Shown one piece after another: positions 38,453-47,782 of a stretch of 64,000 nucleotides of DNA. A program made the translations under genes and the position numbers. Positions within the stretch are counted from its first letter, which is position 1. Each line of letters starts with the position of its first letter. The stretch covers positions 62,001 through 126,000 of IMG/VR virus record IMGVR_UViG_3300025869_002060; one strand, written 5' to 3'. The notes under the pieces are model-generated. The model saw only the letters and a program-made list of their open reading frames with translations, had not been told where the DNA came from and did not search any database.

Positions 38453-39760
38453 ATGTTAGAACTACTGTTAATTGGTATACTAGGACTAGTTGTTGGAATG
38501 GCACTAGGACTGTTTAGTGTTTTTCCTATATATTTTGCAGGCTTTGTTGTGTATGCATTACACACGGCTTGGACACCTGAGTTGTTATTGGTGTTTTGGG
38601 CTACAGCCGCTATTGGAAGTCAGTTCTTTGGAAGTGTTAGTACAATCACACTGGGTATACCTGGAGAAGCAAGTGCCTTAGTATGGATCAAAGACCTCAA
38701 AGGCATGAGTTTACAAGAACGAAACTATTTGCTATACCATACTGCTAAAGGTAGTTTGTTTGCAGGATTAATAGCTCTAGGTGTTGTGTGGTTAGCCTAT
38801 CATTGGGTAAGTGCTTACAGTTACTTTCTATCAAGCGTCAATTTTGTATTAGCAATGTTCCTGTTGGTTATTGCACTATTTGCATTTACCGATCGTAAAC
38901 CTTTAATAGCAATTGGTTTGTTATGTTTGGGTACGTTCTTAGGCCCTGTTAATAACTTTGCATTGCCACCCTGGTGGTATCATGTGCAACTTTGGTTTGA
39001 AAATACCAGCTTCTTTATGCTTATTGCAAGTATGATGTTGATACCAGATCTAATAATGGACAGAGCTAACTTTAAACATATAAAAACAGATCATTTTGAA
39101 CCCAGTGATAACGACGAACGAACATGGTGGACTATATCTAAGAGTACCGTTATTGGTTTATTCAGCGGATTGGTACCAGGACCAGCGGCTGAAACTGCTA
39201 GTGCATTGGCATACCATGCTCACAAAAAGAAAGGTAGATTCCATCAGATTGTTGGTGCCGAAACTGCTAACAATCCCGGAGTGGTAATGATGTTACTTCC
39301 TTTCTTTGCAATGGGTTTACCAATTACTGCTAGTGCTTTGATTATATCAACAGTACTAGATGTTAAGAACGTCGATCCTGTAGAATTTGTAGCAAGTGCA
39401 TCATCAGTCATTCCAAGTTTCAGTGTATTTGATGTTATCATAATGGTAGCTTCAATTGCTACAGTATTTTATTATCTACTCAGCACTCGCTTTATTGATC
39501 TGTACGTAAACATTGTAAAATTCTTATACAGTAAGAGTGCTTACTTGTTGGTCATTATTGTGTTTGCAATGATAATAGCAGATATGAGTGTCAACGAAAC
39601 GCCAGTCTGGCTTTACTCAATCTTACTACTTTTTTTTACCGTCGGCGGTATCTTGCTTAAATACTTCAGTATTAATCCTATCCTGTTTATATTTGGAACA
39701 ATGTTCGGCGATAAACTAATTTGGACACTCATGCAGTTTACATCAATAAACTTTTCATAA
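38453..39760 (+). CDS. Tripartite tricarboxylate transporter permease TctA-like
   Basis: About 12 TM segments, FFGSVSTITLGIPGEAS, GLVPG, GAETANN, LPFFAMGLPITAS. Confidence 0.8.
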   Translation: MLELLLIGILGLVVGMALGLFSVFPIYFAGFVVYALHTAWTPELLLVFWATAAIGSQFFGSVSTITLGIPGEASALVWIKDLKGMSLQERNYLLYHTAKGSLFAGLIALGVVWLAYHWVSAYSYFLSSVNFVLAMFLLVIALFAFTDRKPLIAIGLLCLGTFLGPVNNFALPPWWYHVQLWFENTSFFMLIASMMLIPDLIMDRANFKHIKTDHFEPSDNDERTWWTISKSTVIGLFSGLVPGPAAETASALAYHAHKKKGRFHQIVGAETANNPGVVMMLLPFFAMGLPITASALIISTVLDVKNVDPVEFVASASSVIPSFSVFDVIIMVASIATVFYYLLSTRFIDLYVNIVKFLYSKSAYLLVIIVFAMIIADMSVNETPVWLYSILLLFFTVGGILLKYFSINPILFIFGTMFGDKLIWTLMQFTSINFS

Positions 39761-39788
39761 ACATCAAAAATTTAAGGAGTAAAATCTT

Positions 39789-40706
39789 ATGAAAAAAATA
39801 CTACTTTTAACTTTGGCCGGCTTGGCTTCTTTGGTTGTCACTGCAACCTCTGCAACCGCCAAAGACACTATCACTGTAGTCAATCCTAGCAACAAAGCTA
39901 GTCCAGCAACAGTATTTGCTAAGAGTTACGAACAAGCTCTAAGAGACGCACAATCAGACTATAACGTTGAATTTTATCAGGCATCAAGTTGTGCAGATGC
40001 TGACAAGAAGTATAAATCAACTGATAATGCCGTAATGGTATTTAATGCAGACGTTCGTATTGCTAGTATGGCAAAAGGCGTTGGTTGTGATTTTTCTGCA
40101 AGTGCCAAAAACACAACATTAATCACGAAGAGCTATTTGAAGTTTTGTCGTGCTCCTGGATCAACAAAGGAATTTGGTACAGAAAATACTACAGTAGGTA
40201 TTGCTAGTGTTATTCTAAGTAAAGGTTTATTTGATGATTTAAACGGTGGAGTTAGAAAACTTAAAGGTGTTCCTTACTCAGGTTCAAAGACAGTGTTAGC
40301 GGCAGTACTTGCTGGTGATATTGACTATGGAATTATTGGCGCAGGTGTTGTTAATTCACCATTGAAGGCCGGTAAGATTGAATGTGTTTATGATTACGAT
40401 CCAAGTGCGCCTAACTTTATTGGTGCAACTTTAAAGGAACTACAAGTTCCAACATTACCTATTATCCAAATGATTCATCATAACGGTGATAGTGCAATGG
40501 GTAAAGCCGTAGCAAAAGCAGGAACAAATAAAAAGTTCTTAGACGGTATTGCATTTAATGGATTTAGTGATACTAAGAATGCAGGTGTGAACGCAGATGA
40601 TGTAACTGTCGTTGATAACCACATTGTTAACGTATACGAAAACTACTGGAAAGCCGATGGCGAAGAAGGTGGTATTTGGAGTACAATCAAAGGTTGGTTT
40701 AACTAA
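39789..40706 (+). CDS. TctC/Bug-like periplasmic solute-binding protein
   Basis: Sec signal peptide; VPYSGSKTVLAAVLAGDID matches TctC VPYKG...ALLGGEVD; adjacent to tctA-like gene. Confidence 0.7.
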   Translation: MKKILLLTLAGLASLVVTATSATAKDTITVVNPSNKASPATVFAKSYEQALRDAQSDYNVEFYQASSCADADKKYKSTDNAVMVFNADVRIASMAKGVGCDFSASAKNTTLITKSYLKFCRAPGSTKEFGTENTTVGIASVILSKGLFDDLNGGVRKLKGVPYSGSKTVLAAVLAGDIDYGIIGAGVVNSPLKAGKIECVYDYDPSAPNFIGATLKELQVPTLPIIQMIHHNGDSAMGKAVAKAGTNKKFLDGIAFNGFSDTKNAGVNADDVTVVDNHIVNVYENYWKADGEEGGIWSTIKGWFN

Positions 40707-40726
40707 GCAACCAAAACAAACCCATT

Positions 40727-40761
40727 AAAAAAGCCCGGTTTTTATACCGGGCTTTTTCTTT
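40727..40761. terminator. Bidirectional intrinsic terminator
   Basis: AAAAAAGCCCGGT-loop-ACCGGGCTTTTT between convergent genes. Confidence 0.9.
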
Positions 40762-40782
40762 GACTTAAAAATTAAGTAAAAA

Positions 40783-41736
40783 TTACTTAGCTTCTAAAAT
40801 CTGACCTACTAAGTCTTGGCTGAAATAACCATCAAACTGGTCATAAACTGTAGAAGTTGCGTCTTTAAATTCTGCAACTGCTTCAGGTGTCCATTCGATA
40901 ACTTTAATGCCTTCTTCAATAGCACGACTTTTAGCGGCCGCACCGTCGATTAATGACTCTTCTCTTTCAGCTACTGCGGCAATCTTTGCACATTCAGTAA
41001 TAACAGCCTGTTGTTCGGCTGTTAGGCTATTCCAAATCTTGTCTGAAATAACAATGCTTGTTAAGAATAAAGCATGTTCAGTATCTGCAACTGTATCAGT
41101 GACAGTGTTGACAGCAGAACGGAAGTAACGTGGGAACACGTTCTCGCCGCCTTCACACTCGCCAGATGCAACTGACTGTGCAAAACCATCAACGCCCATT
41201 GGTACTGTGTTAACACCAACTGCTTTGAAAGTAGCTTCTGAAACTGGGCTTGTACCACATCTCATTGTTGTACCAGCAAAGTCTGCAATACTATGAACTT
41301 CGTCATTAGTAGCAATCATTTTGAATCCACCACTGTATGTGAACGCAAGTCCACGTGCGCCGGAAGTATCAGCTAGTCCGTCTAGTAGGTAGTGTCCTAC
41401 TGGTCCGTCTAGTACACGAGCGGCATGATCGTGATTTTCAAAGATGAAAGGCATATCGAGTGAATAGTAGTCTTCATTTAAAAGACCAAGAACAGTACTA
41501 TAAGTTTGGCTCATAGAAACTTCACCTTGCTCTAGCTTCTTTAGAAGAGCACGGTTTCCAATTTCTTCACCGTTATTGTACTTGTCTTGCCATTCGTTTT
41601 TACCTAGGACTTCAACTTCAATTGCTCCATCAGTTTTTTCACTTACTGCCTTACTGAAAGCTTCAGCTGAGCGAAGGAAAAGATCGTATGGAACATGAGC
41701 TAAGACCCAAGTAAGTTTTAGGGTATCTTTGTTCAT
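40783..41736 (-). CDS. TRAP transporter DctP-like solute-binding protein lacking a signal peptide
   Basis: FSKAVSEKTDGAIEVEV, LDMPFIFENHDHA.RVLDGPVG, DFAGTTMR, GGEN, IWNSLTAEQQ; AAGGAG SD 10 nt before ATG 41736. Confidence 0.85.
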   Translation of the reverse strand: MNKDTLKLTWVLAHVPYDLFLRSAEAFSKAVSEKTDGAIEVEVLGKNEWQDKYNNGEEIGNRALLKKLEQGEVSMSQTYSTVLGLLNEDYYSLDMPFIFENHDHAARVLDGPVGHYLLDGLADTSGARGLAFTYSGGFKMIATNDEVHSIADFAGTTMRCGTSPVSEATFKAVGVNTVPMGVDGFAQSVASGECEGGENVFPRYFRSAVNTVTDTVADTEHALFLTSIVISDKIWNSLTAEQQAVITECAKIAAVAEREESLIDGAAAKSRAIEEGIKVIEWTPEAVAEFKDATSTVYDQFDGYFSQDLVGQILEAK

Positions 41737-41920
41737 TTTATACATTCTCCTTATATATGCATATATTTTAGCTTTACATCTATTCAACAAAAAAATTTAC
41801 TAGTATATATCTTTGTTGGGGGAATCTACAACGGGTTGGTTGTAAAGTATAAGATTTCTGCTAATGTTATTTATGCTGTCTAGGAAATCTAGTCAACATA
41901 TCTTCTAGTTTACTACCTTA

Positions 41921-42397
41921 TTATTCAGGTAGAAAAAACGGGTCAGCTTGTTTTGCGGCATCAGTATAATCCACTGCGACACTTTTAACTTCTAGTGTAG
42001 TATTATCATGTAACTTAGTTACTAATGCATCACTGTCATCAAGAATTTCAATTTTAGTTCTGATGTCGTTAGCAATATGATAAGCATTGATTGTACTCAT
42101 GTTACCGTGTGTAACAAAAACTCTACTGAATGTAGTTGCATCTGCTTCAGATCCAAAACCGTCCCACATAATTGTGAGTTGTTTTTTACCATTCTCAAGT
42201 GTAGTAACAGTACCTGTGTCTACTTTTTGAGGTGAAGTTTCAGCATTCTCATTATTATCCATGGATTCGATCAATGCTCTATTTCGATCCCATTGTTGCT
42301 CCTTGATAGCATTCAGTGAAGCATCATCAGTCTTTTTTTGCACAAAGTCTGCTTCGTTATCTGCTACGTATGAGAAGCGAATTTTAAAATTGGCCAT
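41921..42397 (-). CDS. Hypothetical late protein
   Basis: AAGGAG SD; TAAATA upstream on the minus strand (~42446-42451). Confidence 0.7.
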   Translation of the reverse strand: MANFKIRFSYVADNEADFVQKKTDDASLNAIKEQQWDRNRALIESMDNNENAETSPQKVDTGTVTTLENGKKQLTIMWDGFGSEADATTFSRVFVTHGNMSTINAYHIANDIRTKIEILDDSDALVTKLHDNTTLEVKSVAVDYTDAAKQADPFFLPE

Positions 42398-42576
42398 TTT
42401 ATGTATTCTCCTTAGCTAAAAGAGGGTTTTTCTCTTCTTCAGTATTATTTATCAGATACTGGTGTATACAATTAAAATAGCTTTATTAATAGGTTGACAT
42501 CCTGGAAGTATATGCTATAATTAACTAACTTTTTTACAGAACCTAATAAAATCAATGACTTAACGGGGCAGAAAAT

Positions 42577-42631
42577 GGTTGACTTTTTGGTAAATCCACC
42601 GTATAATATATACATAATAAGGAATTAGGAG
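42577..42631 (+). repeat. Early promoter repeat, divergent copy
   Basis: GGTTGACTTTTTGGTAAATCCACCGTATAATATATACATAATAAGGAATTAGGAG. Confidence 0.7.
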
Positions 42632-42639
42632 TTTAGCCC

Positions 42640-43059
42640 GTGAACAAGAAAATAGCCAAAACAGCCATAGCAATAATTATAGCACTGATAGTTGCTCTGT
42701 TTGCTACAGATGTGATTGCAGAAGGTGTTGGCAAACATATTGATGTAAACGGTGTTGAATGCCCTACAACAGAATCTGGACGTTATCAGACTGATAGCTG
42801 GGGACAATGTGAGATGAATCCTAAAGAATTTAACTTTAGACTTGCAGATACATGGCAGGACGAGATTGATGTCGTTCTTATGGTAATTGCAGGATTTATA
42901 CTGTTTCCAGTTCTATGTATTATCCTTATTAACATCTTGCCAGTGGTACTTAGCTCACCATTTAAGATACTTGCAGTTGGTGTAGCAGGATATGGATTCT
43001 ACATTGACCATTTTGGTATCACTACATTTATAAAAACAACCGTAACAGGAATTTTCTAA
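42640..43059 (+). CDS. Membrane protein
   Basis: Signal/TM N-terminus and two C-terminal hydrophobic segments; GTG start with AGGAG. Confidence 0.7.
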   Translation: MNKKIAKTAIAIIIALIVALFATDVIAEGVGKHIDVNGVECPTTESGRYQTDSWGQCEMNPKEFNFRLADTWQDEIDVVLMVIAGFILFPVLCIILINILPVVLSSPFKILAVGVAGYGFYIDHFGITTFIKTTVTGIF

Positions 43060-43069
43060 GGAGATACGA

Positions 43070-44377
43070 ATGAAGCCGTGGGAAGTAATTAGCAAACTTG
43101 AAAGTGACAATAGCAGACTAGCCAAAGAGGCTATTGTTTTACAGGAAGCCCAAGAAGGTAACGATGCATTTTTTAATGGTGCTAAACTAGCACTTGACAG
43201 TATGGTAACATTTGGAATAAAACAAGTTCCAGAAGCAACCAAGTCTGGTGCTGGATTACAGCCTGAAACATTCTTTAAGTTTCTTAATCAATTTGCTGAC
43301 AGAGAAATAACAGGTAATGAGGCCATTGCTAATGTTAATTTTCTACGTATGAAAGCCACAGTAGATGAATGGAACAGTTGGTACAGACGTATTTTGATTA
43401 AAGATTTACGTTGTGGCGTTACTGAAAAAACCATTAACAACGTAGTTAAAAAAGAGTTTCCGCAATACGAGATTCCAGTATTTTCATGTCAACTAGCACA
43501 CGATGGTGCCAAGCACGAAAAGAAGATTGCAGGTACTAAAATGGTAGAAGTAAAGCTCGATGGTGTTCGAGTTATTACAATAGTATACCCAGATGGTAAT
43601 GTAAATCAGTATAGCCGTAACGGTAAAGAACTACACAACTTTGCACACATCAAAGAGCAATTTGCACAATCTGCAAAATTACTTTCACAGCCTACAGTGT
43701 TTGACGGCGAAGTTATGAGTGCTAACTTTCAGGATCTTATGAAGCAGATCCATAGAAAAGAAAATGCAGAAACTACAGATGCCGTACTACATTTGTTTGA
43801 TATCTTAACACTTGCTGAATTCAAAGCAGGCAAAAGCGAGCATAGACAGTTTGAAAGATCTCAAACATTGCATAATTGGCATAAACATCTTGAAGGAATG
43901 ATGCCTAATGTTGTTGTATGTGGTTTTGCTACTATAAACCTTGATTCTGATGATGGTATGGAAGCATTTAAGATAATTAATAATGATGCCATTGCTAAAG
44001 GGTACGAAGGGATTATGATTAAAGATCCAATGGCAATATACGAAACAAAACGTACTCATTCATGGCTAAAACAAAAACCTTATATTGAGGTAACATTGGA
44101 GGTAAAGGATGTCGAAGAAGGCACAGGACGTAACGAAGGAAAACTTGGAGCTCTTGTCTGTGAAGGAGAAGATGACGGACAAGTTATTTCAGTTAACGTT
44201 GGCAGTGGACTCACAGATACTAATCGCGATGATTTTTGGAGTTCTCGTGATAAGTTGCCTGGTCAGCTTGTAGAAGTTAGAGCTGACGCAATTACACAAA
44301 ACCAAGATGGCACATATAGTCTAAGGTTCCCTCGTTTCTTAAGGTTCCGTGGCTTTAGTGTTGGAGAAAAAATTTAA
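43070..44377 (+). CDS. ATP-dependent DNA ligase
   Basis: EVKLDGVR (KxDG), FDGEV, LFD, EGIMIKDP, WLKQK, VGSGL, SLRFPRF. Confidence 0.95.
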   Translation: MKPWEVISKLESDNSRLAKEAIVLQEAQEGNDAFFNGAKLALDSMVTFGIKQVPEATKSGAGLQPETFFKFLNQFADREITGNEAIANVNFLRMKATVDEWNSWYRRILIKDLRCGVTEKTINNVVKKEFPQYEIPVFSCQLAHDGAKHEKKIAGTKMVEVKLDGVRVITIVYPDGNVNQYSRNGKELHNFAHIKEQFAQSAKLLSQPTVFDGEVMSANFQDLMKQIHRKENAETTDAVLHLFDILTLAEFKAGKSEHRQFERSQTLHNWHKHLEGMMPNVVVCGFATINLDSDDGMEAFKIINNDAIAKGYEGIMIKDPMAIYETKRTHSWLKQKPYIEVTLEVKDVEEGTGRNEGKLGALVCEGEDDGQVISVNVGSGLTDTNRDDFWSSRDKLPGQLVEVRADAITQNQDGTYSLRFPRFLRFRGFSVGEKI

Positions 44378-44583
44378 TGTCTTTACGTGAAAGAATTGAA
44401 ACCAGGCTGGATGCACTTCAGCACTGGATGGAGAGTGACTACCATTTAGAACGACCAGACGAAGTTATGCAACTATCATTAAGTATTAGTAAATTTTGGT
44501 CAGTGCTTAGTGAAGAAGATCGGGAATACGTACAGTATGCCCAACTTGCAATTGAAGATAAACTATCATGGAAAGGAAAGTAA
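44377..44583 (+). CDS. Hypothetical protein
   Basis: TAATG-coupled 68-aa ORF. Confidence 0.65.
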   Translation: MSLRERIETRLDALQHWMESDYHLERPDEVMQLSLSISKFWSVLSEEDREYVQYAQLAIEDKLSWKGK

Positions 44584-44856
44584 ATGACATATACAAAAGA
44601 TGAGATTCAAGCAATGTTGCGAAGTGGGCTATTTACAGTCACCTTTAATAAAGTCAATGGTGACGAACGTGTTATGCCGTGTACCTTGGTTGAAAGTTAT
44701 ATCCCGGAGAGTGCCAAACCTAAGGGTACTAGCAAAGAACCAACTGCAAAACAACTTGAGAATCTTGGTGTTTGGTCCCTTGAAAGTGAAGGGTGGAGAA
44801 GTTTTAAGATTGAAAATGTTACTAATGTAGAGCCTTACATTCCGGAACCAGCCTAG
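44584..44856 (+). CDS. WYL_2/DUF2693-like Sm-fold protein
   Basis: VTFNKVNGDERVMPCTL ... VWSLE..GWRSFK. Confidence 0.8.
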   Translation: MTYTKDEIQAMLRSGLFTVTFNKVNGDERVMPCTLVESYIPESAKPKGTSKEPTAKQLENLGVWSLESEGWRSFKIENVTNVEPYIPEPA

Positions 44857-44861
44857 TCCAA

Positions 44862-45209
44862 ATGGACTATGATCCAAACCAAGATCTCGAGTACGTATTA
44901 AAAACTAGCGAATATATTAGGAGTAAATGTACTTCTAGTAGGAGTTATTCTGAAAACCTATACAGAGCTTTGTGCGATGTTGTATGGATCAGTAAACACC
45001 CATTTGCTATTCTTAAACGTGATTCCTGGAACTGTTCATGGCGATATGCCGCTGAAATAGTTGGCGACTTAGCTTCTACTACAGAAGAGATGTCTGACCA
45101 TTTAGATTGGTACTCAGTTGGTGGAGAAGGGATCGTATCAAAAGAACTACTAGAAGATTTAGACAAATTAGGATTTATGCCTGTGTCTTTTGGTAAAACT
45201 AGTAGTTGA
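44862..45209 (+). CDS. Hypothetical protein
   Basis: WNCSWRYAAEIV, DWYS..GEG motifs. Confidence 0.7.
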   Translation: MDYDPNQDLEYVLKTSEYIRSKCTSSRSYSENLYRALCDVVWISKHPFAILKRDSWNCSWRYAAEIVGDLASTTEEMSDHLDWYSVGGEGIVSKELLEDLDKLGFMPVSFGKTSS

Positions 45210-45293
45210 CTATACTAAAACGTTATGTTATATTATGTGTATTGTTTCAGTAGAATAGCTGAAGCAACGAACAAACTTAAAGGAGAAAGACAT

Positions 45294-45578
45294 ATGTCTA
45301 ATACTGTTCAATTTACGTCAAAGCAAAGTAAGGTTCTATCAGCTCTAACATCTGGTGAAGCTCTTACTGCAAAGCAGATCGAAGCAAGATTTGGTGTTGG
45401 TAATGCCAGGTCAACTGTTTCAGCTCTTCGCATGAAAGGTTATGCAATCTTTTTGAACAGCCATAAGGATACTAAAGGTCGTCAGACTCAGAAGTATCGT
45501 ATTGGTTCTGCGCCAAGAGCAGTTGTAGCCGCAGGTTATAAAGCACTTGCCGCTCAGGGTGAATCAGTTCACTCTTAA
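45294..45578 (+). CDS. Winged helix-turn-helix DNA-binding protein
   Basis: VLSAL.SGEALTAKQIEARFGVGNARSTVSALRMKGY; AAGGAG SD; own TTGACT promoter (~45206). Confidence 0.78.
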   Translation: MSNTVQFTSKQSKVLSALTSGEALTAKQIEARFGVGNARSTVSALRMKGYAIFLNSHKDTKGRQTQKYRIGSAPRAVVAAGYKALAAQGESVHS

Positions 45579-45600
45579 TAGCTAGTTAAATAGCTAATTC

Positions 45601-45636
45601 AGAAGCCGGAGTCGTACTTGTCTCCGGCTTCTTCTT
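45601..45636 (+). terminator. Hairpin terminator after the wHTH gene
   Basis: AGAAGCCGGAG-loop-CTCCGGCTTCT-TCTT. Confidence 0.7.
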
Positions 45637-45773
45637 GATCATTAATTCAAATTGACAAACGTCATCACAGTCACATTTTGGTAAAAATTCAGGATCATTT
45701 ATAAATCCATCAAAAAAGCCGCCGGTAATCGTAGAGCCCATAACACGCTCTTTCTTTTTACAAAGGGTTTCCA

Positions 45774-46217
45774 TTATCTTATCTCTGGGAAGGTATGCTC
45801 GACTTCTTCAAACTTAATGCTTTTGATGCCAAGTCTTATTCTATTTGTGTTATTCCATTTTTGGAATAAATTGTAACGTATTGTTCGTTCGGGTTCGCCG
45901 GGTAGTTTAATTTGTTTTACGGTATCCCAGCAATGTGTTGAATCTAAGGCTCTCCTGGCATTCCAAAACCAAAGTTTAAGATCGCTAGGAGTTTTACTTG
46001 GATAGTCAAAAAAGTGATAGTATCTATAACATTGACTTGGATTTACTGAAACTGTTTCTGACAGATACTCTGCTTCGCCAGCCCGTGATCCATAGTAATA
46101 TATTTTTGATTCGAGATAGTTGAATGATTCTTTGATTTCTGTAGTCGGGCATAGTCCACTTTGCATGGCTAGTACACCTTCAGGAGATTGGTAGGTAATC
46201 TTGATCATTCTAGGCAT
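45774..46217 (-). CDS. Hypothetical protein, paralogue family member 1
   Basis: MPRMIKITY..., DYPSKTPSDLKLWFW..RRALD, YN..QKW, EEVEHTFPE. Confidence 0.75.
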   Translation of the reverse strand: MPRMIKITYQSPEGVLAMQSGLCPTTEIKESFNYLESKIYYYGSRAGEAEYLSETVSVNPSQCYRYYHFFDYPSKTPSDLKLWFWNARRALDSTHCWDTVKQIKLPGEPERTIRYNLFQKWNNTNRIRLGIKSIKFEEVEHTFPEIR

Positions 46218-46233
46218 TCATCTACCTTATTGT

Positions 46234-46264
46234 AAAAATGATACGGCTCGAAGGCCGTATCATT
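46234..46264 (-). terminator. Intrinsic terminator (minus strand)
   Basis: AATGATACGGC-CTTCGA-GCCGTATCATT-TTT. Confidence 0.8.
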
Positions 46265-46296
46265 AATTTATTATACTAACGTACCCAAATTATATA

Positions 46297-46743
46297 TTAC
46301 TCTGGAAAGGAGTGTTCTACTTCTTCCCACGCGGTAAATGTAATTCCATTGGCGTTAAAATATTCGTTAATCCATTTTTGATAAACATTGTAATTTAATG
46401 TTCTAGCATCACCAGTGATTGGATCAGTAATGGATTTAGTAGTGTCTGATAGTTCGGCGGTATCGATAGCTCTTTTCTTATCCCAGAACCAGCTCTTAAG
46501 GTTTGATGGAGTTGAATCTGGATAGTCATTAAATTTAAAATAAATTTGCATGTGTAGGTCGTCTGGGCTATCAAATACAGTTTGTTTTATATAAGCGGCC
46601 GGATCAGTACTAGTATATAGTGTTTTAGCTTGGACTGCGGCATGCGACGTAACTACAGCATCTCCTGGGTTTTCGTCAGCAACAATACCCCAACCAATAC
46701 TGTTAGATGGGCGTTTGAGTGTGACTTTAATCATTTTAGGCAT
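46297..46743 (-). CDS. Hypothetical protein, paralogue family member 2
   Basis: MPKMIKVTL..., DYPDSTPSNLKSWFW..KRAID, YNVYQKW, EEVEHSFPE; AGGAG SD; TAAATA at ~46794-46799. Confidence 0.78.
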   Translation of the reverse strand: MPKMIKVTLKRPSNSIGWGIVADENPGDAVVTSHAAVQAKTLYTSTDPAAYIKQTVFDSPDDLHMQIYFKFNDYPDSTPSNLKSWFWDKKRAIDTAELSDTTKSITDPITGDARTLNYNVYQKWINEYFNANGITFTAWEEVEHSFPE

Positions 46744-46824
46744 TTAGTATCTCCTGTTTAGAATCCTGCACGAGGGCTTTTCCTCTTATAATGTATTTAT
46801 AAAACTTTAATGATACAGCCTTAT

Positions 46825-47292
46825 TTACCCCATCCAAGTAGATACTTTTGAACTATCAACAACAGTGATATCAGAAACAGTTAAATTTTTCTCACGTTTA
46901 TATACAGTTGCCCAGTATGCATATTGATTGTAGTCAAAACCATCACATTCACGTATACCGGGTCGTGTTACGGCTTTGCTGGATGCATCTGCCGCTATTT
47001 GTGTTAAAATTTCTCTAGTGTTAGTTAAGTACCAGTCCATTAAATATTCTGGCTCGGGATCTGGTAAATTTTCAAACCAATAGTATTGATAGCAGTAAAG
47101 TGGATCTTCTTCTAATGTATAATACTTTGGATCAATACGTATTGTAGTATCTGTTCCGTCTTTTGGATCTGTTATTGCTGTTAAATTTTTAAACGATTCA
47201 ATAACGTTTTCATCTTCACAATGGAATACAGCCTCTGTGGGCCATTCGTCGTCAGTGAATTGTCTTTGGTGTGTCACCCTAACTAATCTCAT
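46825..47292 (-). CDS. Hypothetical protein, divergent paralogue family member 3
   Basis: MRLVRVTHQR..., FENLPDPEPEYLMDWY, YNQYAYW; GGAG SD. Confidence 0.7.
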   Translation of the reverse strand: MRLVRVTHQRQFTDDEWPTEAVFHCEDENVIESFKNLTAITDPKDGTDTTIRIDPKYYTLEEDPLYCYQYYWFENLPDPEPEYLMDWYLTNTREILTQIAADASSKAVTRPGIRECDGFDYNQYAYWATVYKREKNLTVSDITVVDSSKVSTWMG

Positions 47293-47377
47293 TTATGATT
47301 CTCCAATGATTATTTTATCAGCTTACTTTTACTTAGCGGTAAGTAATACGATGTATAAGTTTTAAATTGGTACATGA

Positions 47378-47776
47378 ATGACAGACATTTTTGACATGAT
47401 AATAACGGGGATTATGATATGGGCCGCAGTCCACATAGTCGGCCGTATACTATATCGGTTTCTTGAGGTTTATAGACATAATCAGAATCGGCGCGAATAC
47501 AATCGAGCATTGACAATGGGTTATGAAATAGAAAATCTTAAAAATGAAATAGATAAAAAGTTTGTTGTTGTAGACATCGAAAGAAATAATGATCAATTGT
47601 ATGCATATAATAACAGTACAAAAACATTCTTATACCAAGGAAAGACGTTGGATGAATTAAAAACTGGAATTGAAGAACGGTTTCCAGGAGTTCATTTAAT
47701 GCTAACAGAAAAATCTGAAAACTTATTTAAATCTGACCTTGCTAAACTCAGATCAAGAAAGGACACGCAGGAATAA
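47378..47776 (+). CDS. Hypothetical protein with N-terminal TM helix
   Basis: TM segment then LYAYN..TKTFLYQGKTLDEL. Confidence 0.7.
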   Translation: MTDIFDMIITGIMIWAAVHIVGRILYRFLEVYRHNQNRREYNRALTMGYEIENLKNEIDKKFVVVDIERNNDQLYAYNNSTKTFLYQGKTLDELKTGIEERFPGVHLMLTEKSENLFKSDLAKLRSRKDTQE

Positions 47777-47782
47777 CCGCAT

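Noticed and set aside
45586-45774. 62-aa minus-strand ORF
   Set aside because: It could be real because it abuts the upstream paralogue, but it runs through a terminator hairpin and has no recognisable motif, so it was not called.
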